64,000 bases of DNA from Ranitomeya imitator (Eukaryota). Every line of letters starts with the position of its first letter. Within the stretch, counting starts at the first letter, position 1. Made by a program: the position numbers and the translations under genes. The notes under the pieces were generated by a model. The model was not told where the DNA came from. It saw nothing but the letters and a program-made list of their open reading frames with translations, and did not search any database. Shown piece by piece: positions 56,034 to 64,000 of this stretch. The stretch covers positions 218,302,001 to 218,366,000 of the forward strand of contig NC_091286.1 of the NCBI RefSeq assembly GCF_032444005.1, written 5' to 3'.

Positions 56034-56560
56034 TAGTGATCAGCGAATTTGTTCGGAAAACGATAACCAAACAAATTCGGCACGAATATGGCACATTCGG
56101 ATTCGTGATCGGAAATCTGAGCAAAATTTAATAAAATCGGTAACATTCAGTAAAAGTGAGAGAAAATACTTGTGTTGCCACAAAAATATTTTTATCACCT
56201 TTGCAACGATAATGTTGGTGTATCATGAGCGCTTGGCACATGTTTGATGAGGGGAGGGGGTTTGCAGAGCTCAGATGCACAGCGTTCTCGTAAGCAGTCA
56301 TTTTTTTTCCTAACTTTATGTGTGCACATTACGGCTAGCCAGTCAGGACGCAGGAAACACCCACAATGTCCTGACACAACGGCTTATGTCATTGGCTGCT
56401 GAAATCACATGTCCCTCTCCATATAAATAGTGGACATCTTGTTTTAGCGCCATTTTGTCACTCTAACAGTGCAGAAAGGCTGCTCCTGACGCTGAAACTG
56501 TTAAAGATTTTATCTAGTTAGTTTGGCGGTTGTATATTAGTCAGATAGTGTAGCTAGATG
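56034..56560. mobile_element. hAT-type MITE left-end fragment
   Basis: tagtgatcagcgaa terminus, cgaat/attcg repeats, ggctagccagtcagg...attggctgc motifs; right end not found. Confidence 0.55.
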
Positions 56561-56779
56561 TGTCCAGTGTGGTTGTGAAATTTACCTTCCGGAATCTTTT
56601 TTTCATTTCCATTCATTTCCTTTTCCCTTTATATTTCCGTTATTATTTTCCTTATTTCTTATTTTCTTTTATTTCAGTTTGGACTCCTACCATGTATGTA
56701 CAAATGTATATATGCATTATATATCTGCAGTGTTTTCTAAGGATCAGCACCCCACAGCATCTCTCTATACACCCTACAA

Positions 56780-58515
56780 GAGTCCTCTAAGTAACGCTGT
56801 TGCGCTCCCTTCTTTCCCTATTCAGTTATGCTGGGGCGTTCCTAGCTGTCTGCTATAAAGTTATAGTTAGAAGACCTATACAATTTCCATGGGTCTTTTA
56901 GTAACGCTAAGGCGCTCTCTTTTTCTATAACGCTTATGCGTCCCTTCTACCTAGAGAGGTAGAATTTGAACACACATTTCACTACACTGCTATGCTGGGT
57001 ATCTGTCCAGCTCCATTGCGCATGCGCGGGCGCCATCTTGCGGGTCCGATGCACACAGCATAGACGCTGATGTCGGCATCGTATGTGGGCGCACACAGGT
57101 CCTGCAGGCACTACGCATGCGTCGGCATTTGTGGACTCTCCACACCGACTGCGCAGGTGCTGGCGTCCTGCATCACATCCGGTCACCTGACCGGCCGGGG
57201 CTTTATACAGCGCTGCTATTATTGTCATGGCAGCCGCTCCTTTAGCAAAGACACGGTGTGTGTCTGCTTCTACCACTTGGCCACCAACGCCGGCCCCCCA
57301 ACCACGAACGCTACCAGCAGACTGCGGATGTGAGAACACCATCTATCAGATAAGTGACTCAGCGTCCCCATCATACTATATCTTTACACCAGTTTCTTTT
57401 TCAGTTAAACCTTGGTACACCACTGCCCTCATTACATCTAGAATACTGGACCTGTATAGCTATATTGGGACTGTATCTACACACTGGCAGGTAGCGCATC
57501 CATTACAAAATTACCCACTATAGACCTACCTGGCAATCTACTTACCCTATATACGTCTGTTCCCACAGTTATATCCATGTGCACCATCCACATTCTGGGG
57601 ACATTTGGTGTATTTTTGCTTGATTAGTACTACATTCAAATCGGCAAGTATATTTTGGTTACCTGGTTATACTATATATGGACGCTATATAGATTTAACT
57701 CATAGACCTATTTCAAATATCTCCTTTAGCTAGTCTTATATGTGCGCTCCATACTACGCCGACGGGCCTGGCACACTTTGTACAACGGAAATACTAAACT
57801 GGCAAGTATAACACAGTCCAACTTTCTACCACCCATCCCATACAGACTTAACAGATAACTCACTTTTATCTATTCCTACAGCCACACCTATATGCATGCT
57901 CCACGATACGGCGACAATTGGTTCCCTATACTCTTATGATTAACAGTAAAAACATAGGTTGGCAAGTATGTTATAGCCTTTTTCCACCTAGATACGTTGT
58001 AGCCATTGGTGATATTCTTAATTATCTCTCATTACCTTCCATGTCCCATCATTCTTTCAGGACATTTATTTCTGGCTGATATCCTCAGCAACACTGTAGT
58101 GCAGCAGTAAACTAGGAACTTCCCACTAGGGTATGTTTTAGCATCTTTATCGTCTCATCCTCTAGCTCCATCGCATGCCGTACCTATCTCCATACCTCCC
58201 GATTGTTTGTTTCTTTTGTCCTCAAATCTTAGGAGCACTGACATCATTTGTTCCATTTTCAACTTGTTTTGACTTGGTTTTCTGACATTGTTTCACCGAA
58301 TTGTATATATGTAAATATGATCTGTATATAGTTACTCATTTGTTTTTATGTCATTTATTTCAGCGATACTGTGATCAAGGCCACGAGTTGGCCGAAACGT
58401 CTTATGCCTATCGCTTCACCTCTGTATTTTACCGCAACACTGGTTTCAATAAACTTTTTCACCTGCAACAAGCATTTTCCATAGTACGAGTGCAGTGATT
58501 TATATCTGGATATTG
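56780..58515 (+). mobile_element. Probable Penelope-like element 3' region/pLTR relic
   Basis: Ends in a hammerhead-like motif, then caataaa...gagtgcag as in Penelope pLTRs; no RT/GIY-YIG ORF seen. Confidence 0.4.
58362..58415 (+). ncRNA. Degenerate minimal type-I hammerhead ribozyme candidate
   Basis: agcgata/tatcgct helix I; GTGATCA (two changes from CTGATGA); helix II ggcca-cgagt-tggcc; GAAAC-GTC. Confidence 0.4.
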
Positions 58516-59329
58516 CATGGGACTAGAGTTGAGCGACCTTGACCTTTTTAGAGTCGAGCCGGGTTTCGCGAAACCCGACTATCTCAAAAGTCGGGTCGAG
58601 TGAAATCGGCCGATTATGACGTAAAGTCGGGATTGACCGAAACACGAAACCCAATGCAAGTCAATGGGGCAGCATAGTCGGCAGTGAGTGGGGGCCAGGA
58701 AAACACCTAGAGTGCCCATTTTAATGTCAAAACCATCCATTCTTCTTAATGAAGCTTGTCAAGCGTAATTTACCTTATAATAATTGGAAGGCATTTGAAA
58801 TTGGGGGTCATTTGGCAAAAGTTGTGGTGGGTAGGGCTGGTTCAAGTAATTAGTGGGCCCAGGAAATCTGGACCACGTCACGGCAGTGGAGCAGGGAGAG
58901 GTAAGTATTTCAACTTTGCAAGTGCTGTGAACCTGAGCAAGCAGGGGGGGCCCACTCGTTGGCATTGGCACTGGCACAGGGCCCCTCAAAGTACAGCGGT
59001 GTGTTTGCACGGCGGGGGCGCCTCCCACCGGCAGCAACACTTTTGCATACTATGAGAGGCCCTGTGCCAGTGACGTCGCCAACTAGTATTCCTCCCCCCA
59101 CCTGATGAAGGAACCTGCACTTTCATCTGCACCTTCCTCTTTGTCCCCGTGTAAGGTGGTATGGTATGCGGGAAGAGCAACCTGACTTTCAGCAGGGTCA
59201 CAATGTTGTTGTGTAGCGTGCACGGGGAATGTTGCGTTATGGGTCAATGTACCAGCAGACTCATCTATCACTGGCTGGGCAATGGGCAGGATGAGGAGGA
59301 AACACAGATATAGGCCCAAAGAATAAAGT

Positions 59330-60050
59330 TGGCTAAATGCAGTTCAAAATTGGTAACACAGGAATAACCAGGGGGCATTGCAGTGGAGGACAACTGGAAT
59401 GAGAGGCTGACACAGAGAGTAGGCCCAAATCAGTAAGTAGTCGAAATGCAGTTCAAAATTGGCAACCGTAGTAAACAGGCGGCACAGCTTTGTTCAGTGG
59501 AGGAGAACAGCAAGGAGTGGCAGACACCGATAGTAGGCCCCAACCCAACTAGTAGGCCAAATGCAGTCTAACATTAACAACTACTTAACGAGCGCCTGAA
59601 AACGGAATTTCAGGACAGGAAACCAGGAGAACAGCAAGGAGCGGCAGACACTGTTAGTAGGCCCCAAACCAACTAGTACGCCAAATGCAGTAGTTCCATT
59701 TAACCACAATTTAACGAGAGCCTGAAGATAGAAGCTCAGGAAAGGCAACCCGGAGAACACCTTGGAGTGGAACACACCATCTCTCTCCACCCCATACCCA
59801 TTTTGTAGGCCTAATGCAGTGTAGTTTTCTACAACTACTAAACGAGAGTCGGAAGACCGAAGCAATGGCAAGGAAACCTGGGGAACACCTTGGAGTGTAA
59901 CACACCATCTCTCTCCACCCGATACCCATTTTGTAGGCCTAATGCAGTGTAGTTTTGTACAACTACTAAACGAGAGTCGGAAGACCGAAGCAATGGCAAG
60001 GAAACCTGAGGAACACCTTGGAGTGTAACACACCCTCTCTCTACACCACG
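59330..60050 (+). repeat. Diverged ~115-128-bp tandem array inside the hAT
   Basis: Recurring gtaggcc....aatgcagt; near-identical ~128-bp units at 59760-60050. Confidence 0.8.
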
Positions 60051-60501
60051 GAAGGGCTGATTCTTAGGAAGGAAGGCTGTCGGAAAGAAGCAGGGCGCGT
60101 CCGAGGGTGATTATATTCTTATTAGGTATATACTCACCCTCGGACGCGCCCTGCTTCTTTATTTGTAATGAATGTTTATTTGCAATGTGGTTTTGACTTA
60201 CTCTATTTTTTTGGTAAATAATGATTTTATTATTTTCATTGTTTTGCATCTTCTTGGCAATAATATAAAGAAGACGCGACAGGACAACACTCGGTGGATG
60301 CCACATCTGTGTTTTAAATTGAAAAAAACTTTCAGTTAACTACTTGCAGGAGAAAGTTATTGTAGCTGGTGGCCATTTTTAGTACTGTACCAGATTTTTG
60401 TTGTATGTGTTTGTTTTTAATGTTAAAATGTCTGCATTTGATATCTCTCCAGTATTTTCTTTTTTATAAGCAAAATACTTATTTTTATATTTTCTGATGT
60501 T

Positions 60502-62050
60502 GGTTCAAGGGGTACACGGGCAGCAGTAGACAGGTCAGTGGAGGCCTAGTGGAAGGAGGGACCGCAGACAGGCTTCGAAGGCCTAACATAATAAATTGGG
60601 CTGGCTGTAGGCAATTTAAAATTGGTTCCAGGGGAACACGGGCAGCAGTGGCCTGGTCTGTGTAGTAGTAGTGGAAAGAACGGGCCGCAGACAGGCTTCG
60701 AAGGCCTAACATAACAAAAATTGGGATGTAGGCAATTTACAATTGGTTCCAGGGGAACACGGACAGCAGTAGACAGGTCAGTGGAGGCCTAGTGGAAGGA
60801 GGGACCGCAGACAGGCTTCGAAGGCCTAACATAATAAATTGGGCTTGCTGTCGGCAATTTTAAATTGGTTCCAGGGGAACACGGGCGGCAGTAGCCAGGT
60901 CAGTGTAGTAGTAGTGGAAAGAACGGGCCGCAGACAGGCTTCGAAGGCCTAACATAACAAAAATTGGGCTGTAGGCAATTTAAAATTGGTTCCAGGGGAA
61001 CACGGGCAGCAGTAGACAGGTCAGTGGAGGCCTAGTGGAAGGAGGGACCGCAGACAGGCTTCGAAGCCCTAACATAATAAATTGGGCTTGCTGTCGGCAA
61101 TTTTAAATTGGTTCCAGGGGAACACGGGCAGCAGTGGCCTGGTCAGTGTAGTAGTAGTGGAAAGAACGGGCCGCAGACAGGCTTCGAAGGCCTAACATAA
61201 CAAAAATTGGGATGTAGGCAATTTACAATTGGTTCCAGGGGAACACGGACAGCAGTAGACAGGTCAGTGGAGGCCTAGTGGAAGGAGGGACCGCAGACAG
61301 GCTTCGAAGGCCTAACATAATAAATTGGGCTGGCTGTAGGCAATTTTAAATTGGTTCCAGAGGAACACGGGCAGCAGTGGCCTGGTCAGTGTAGTAGTAG
61401 TGGAAAGAACGGGCCGCAGATAGGCTTCGAAGGCCTAACATAACAAAAATTGGGCTGTAGGCAATTTAAAATTGGTTCCAGGGGAACACGGGCAGCAGTA
61501 GACAGGTCAGTGGAGGCCTAGTGGAAGGAGGGACCGCAGACAGGCTTCGAAGCCCTAACATAATAAATTGGGCTTGCTGTCGGCAATTTTAAATTGGTTC
61601 CAGGGGAACACGGGCGGCAGTAGCCAGGTCAGTGTAGAAGTAGTGGAAAGAACGGGCCGCAGACAGGCTTCGAAGGCCTAACATAACAAAAATTGGGCTG
61701 TAGGCAATTTAAAATTGGTTCCAGGGGAACACGGACAGCAGTAGACAGGTCAGTGGAGGCCTAGTGGAAGGAGGGACCGCAGACAGGCTTCGAAGGCCTA
61801 ACATAATAAATTGGGCTGGCTGTAGGCAATTTAAAATTGGTTCCAGGGGAACACGGGCAGCAGTCGCCTGGTCAGTGTAGTAGTAGTGGAAAGAACGGGC
61901 CGCAGACAGGCTTCGAAGGCCTAACATAACAAAAATTGGGCTGTAGGCAATTTAAAATTGGTTCCAGGGGAACACGGGCAGCAGTAGACAGGTCAGTGGA
62001 GGCCTAGTGGAAGGAGTGACCGCAGACAGGCTTCGAAGGCCTAACATAAG
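60502..62050 (+). repeat. Satellite of 13 ~121-bp monomers alternating A/B (243-bp dimer)
   Basis: Monomer starts at 60502, 60624, 60745, 60867, 60988, 61110, 61231, 61353, 61474, 61596, 61717, 61839, 61960. A has tagacaggtcagtggaggcc; B has ..cc.ggtc.gtgtagtagtag. Confidence 0.95.
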
Positions 62051-62509
62051 AAAAATGTCAATACAATGGTATTGACAGTGCCAGGCATTGAAGGATGTCA
62101 GCGCATAGACTAAACATTGGTGGAGCTGTGAGAGAAAATTTTGCAAGTGGTAGAGCACTGTTTGAGCTGGGGGGGGACTGTCTTGTGGCCGGCGGTACAG
62201 GCCCAGGGCCCCTCATATTACAACGGTGTGTCTGACGTTGGGTGCGCACCACCACCGCCAGACACTTTATTGTACTATGAGGGACCTAGTGGCAGTGCCG
62301 TCGACCAAAAGCGGGCACACCCACCTCCTCAGACAAACAGTACTCTCACGGGTGCTGGCGCCAAGTGGCGATACCACGGCCCCGTGTGGGGACTTTGGCC
62401 ATTTAGGGAGGTGTTAACATGTTGGATGCTGGACAATCAGGTGCTGCAAATTACGAGATTGGAAAAGTCGTTCAGAATAGTCCACAGGCAAGACCTTTAC
62501 ATAGGAAAG

Positions 62510-64000
62510 CTAGGTGTCAGCCGGGCAAGGTGGGGCAAAAGATTTCGAAATCCAGTTGTGGTTCATTTTAATGAAGGCTAGATCATCTACATTTTGGGTA
62601 GCCAGACGAGTCCTTTTTTCTGTTAGTATTGAACCTGCAGCACTGAATACTCTTTCTGATAGGACACTAGCTGCCGGGCAAGCAAGCTCCTGCAATGCAT
62701 ATTCTGCCAATTCTGGCCAGGTGTCTAATTTTGATGCCCAGTAATCAAATGGGAATGACGGTTGAGGGAGAACGTCGATAAGGGATGAAAAATAGTTAGT
62801 AACCATACTGGACAAATGTTGTCTCCTGTCACTTTGAATTGATGCTGCAGTACCTGTCCTGTCTGCGGTCATAGCAAAATCACTCCACAACCTGGTCAGA
62901 AAACCCCTCTGGCCAACGCCACTTCTGATTTCTGCCCCTCTAACACCTCTGGTCTGCTGGCCCCTGCAGCTCGTGTTAGAACAATCACGGGCGCTGTGTG
63001 CAGGGAATGCCAGAAGCAAACGGTCAACAAGAGTTGATTGTTTGGTTGCTAATATTAGTTCCAAGTTCTCATGTGGCATTATATTTTGCAATTTGCCTTT
63101 ATAGCGAGGATCAAGGAGGCAGGCCAACCAGTAATCGTCATCGTTCATCATTTTTGTTATGCGTGTGTCCGTTTTGAGGATACGTAAGGCATAATCCGCC
63201 ATGTGGCCCAAAGTTCCAGTTCTCAAATCTGCGGTTGTGCTTGGTTGAGGGGCAGTTTCAGGCAAATCCACGTCACTTGTGTCCCTCCAAAAACCAGAAC
63301 CCGGCCTTGCCGCGCCAACAATTTCCACTGGCCCCGGAAAAGCTTCCTCATTAAAAATATAATCATCCCCATCATCCTCCTCGTCCTCCTCCTCCTGTTC
63401 GCCCGCTACCTCGTCCTGTACACTGCCCTGGCCAGACAATGGCTGACTGTCATCAAGGCTTTCCTCTTCCTCAGCTGCAGACGCCTGATCCTTTATGTGC
63501 GTCAAACTTTGCATCAGCAAACGCATTAGGGGGATGCTCATGCTTATTATGGCGTTGTCTGCACTAACCAGCCGTGTGCATTCCTCAAAACACTGAAGGA
63601 CTTGACACATGTCTTGAATCTTCGACCACTGCACACCTGACAACTCCATGTCTGCCATCCTACTGCCTGCCCGTGTATGTGTATCCTCCCACAAAAACAT
63701 AACAGCCCGCCTCTGTTCACACAGTCTCTGAAGCATGTGCAGTGTTGAGTTCCACCTTGTTGCAACGTCTATGATTAGGTGATGCTGGGGAAGGTTCAAA
63801 GAACGCTGATAGGTCTGCATACGGCTGGAGTGTACGGGCGAACGGCGGATATGTGAGCAAAGTCCACGCACTTTGAGGAGCAGGTCGGATAACCCCGGAT
63901 AACTTTTCAGGAAGCACTGCACCACCAGGTTTAAGGTGTGAGCCAGGCAAGGAATGTGTTTCAGTTGGGAAAGGGAGATGGCAGCCATGAAATTCCTTCC
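62510..64000 (-). CDS. hAT (Ac/ZBED-type) transposase, C-terminal ~496 aa, open to the window edge
   Basis: GRNFMAA..HIPCLAHTLNLVVQ (CxxH), DVATRWNSTLHML, LLDPRYK, dimerisation domain YW..KLDTWPELA..ALQELACPAASVLSERVFSAAG; no stops. Confidence 0.93.
   Translation of the reverse strand, partial: GRNFMAAISLSQLKHIPCLAHTLNLVVQCFLKSYPGLSDLLLKVRGLCSHIRRSPVHSSRMQTYQRSLNLPQHHLIIDVATRWNSTLHMLQRLCEQRRAVMFLWEDTHTRAGSRMADMELSGVQWSKIQDMCQVLQCFEECTRLVSADNAIISMSIPLMRLLMQSLTHIKDQASAAEEEESLDDSQPLSGQGSVQDEVAGEQEEEDEEDDGDDYIFNEEAFPGPVEIVGAARPGSGFWRDTSDVDLPETAPQPSTTADLRTGTLGHMADYALRILKTDTRITKMMNDDDYWLACLLDPRYKGKLQNIMPHENLELILATKQSTLVDRLLLAFPAHSARDCSNTSCRGQQTRGVRGAEIRSGVGQRGFLTRLWSDFAMTADRTGTAASIQSDRRQHLSSMVTNYFSSLIDVLPQPSFPFDYWASKLDTWPELAEYALQELACPAASVLSERVFSAAGSILTEKRTRLATQNVDDLAFIKMNHNWISKSFAPPCPADT

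Larger units (their letters stand above)
58524..64000 (-). mobile_element. Large hAT DNA transposon (3' part; continues beyond the window)
   Basis: tagagttgagcg TIR at 58524; subterminal ccga/tcgg repeats; satellite arrays; transposase at the right. Confidence 0.88.

Overview
Vertebrate window made almost entirely of nested transposable elements. It is very likely anuran, given the frog-type T2/Kolobok, hAT and Harbinger MITEs. No host gene can be confidently identified; one candidate exon lies near 27.2 kb. From left to right: a Tc1 relic; a complete 5.3-kb PIF/Harbinger transposon (TTA TSD; MADF-BESS gene and DDE transposase, both decayed); three decayed Ty3/Gypsy copies with PNMA-like gag; a second Harbinger remnant; and two non-autonomous hATs with 8-bp TSDs. 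Next come a very young chromovirus (Tf1/sushi group) with an uninterrupted gag-pol ORF and ~99.7% identical LTRs, and a full-length but dead L1 inserted in a Gmr1-type Gypsy (IN-RT-RH order) and itself carrying a MITE. The right half holds further solo LTRs (six in the window, all with TSDs), two Tc1 copies, a SINE, an L2 tail, Penelope-like relics with a degenerate hammerhead motif, and a large hAT (transposase open to the window edge) carrying an A/B dimeric satellite. The best leads concern the chromovirus family: a 9-nt self-priming PBS complementary to its predicted transcript start, 6-bp TSDs, and an integrase tail encoded through the PPT and U3 whose frame is conserved in three divergent LTRs. 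The Harbinger also carries three pre-miRNA-sized hairpins. All alignments and counts were done by eye.
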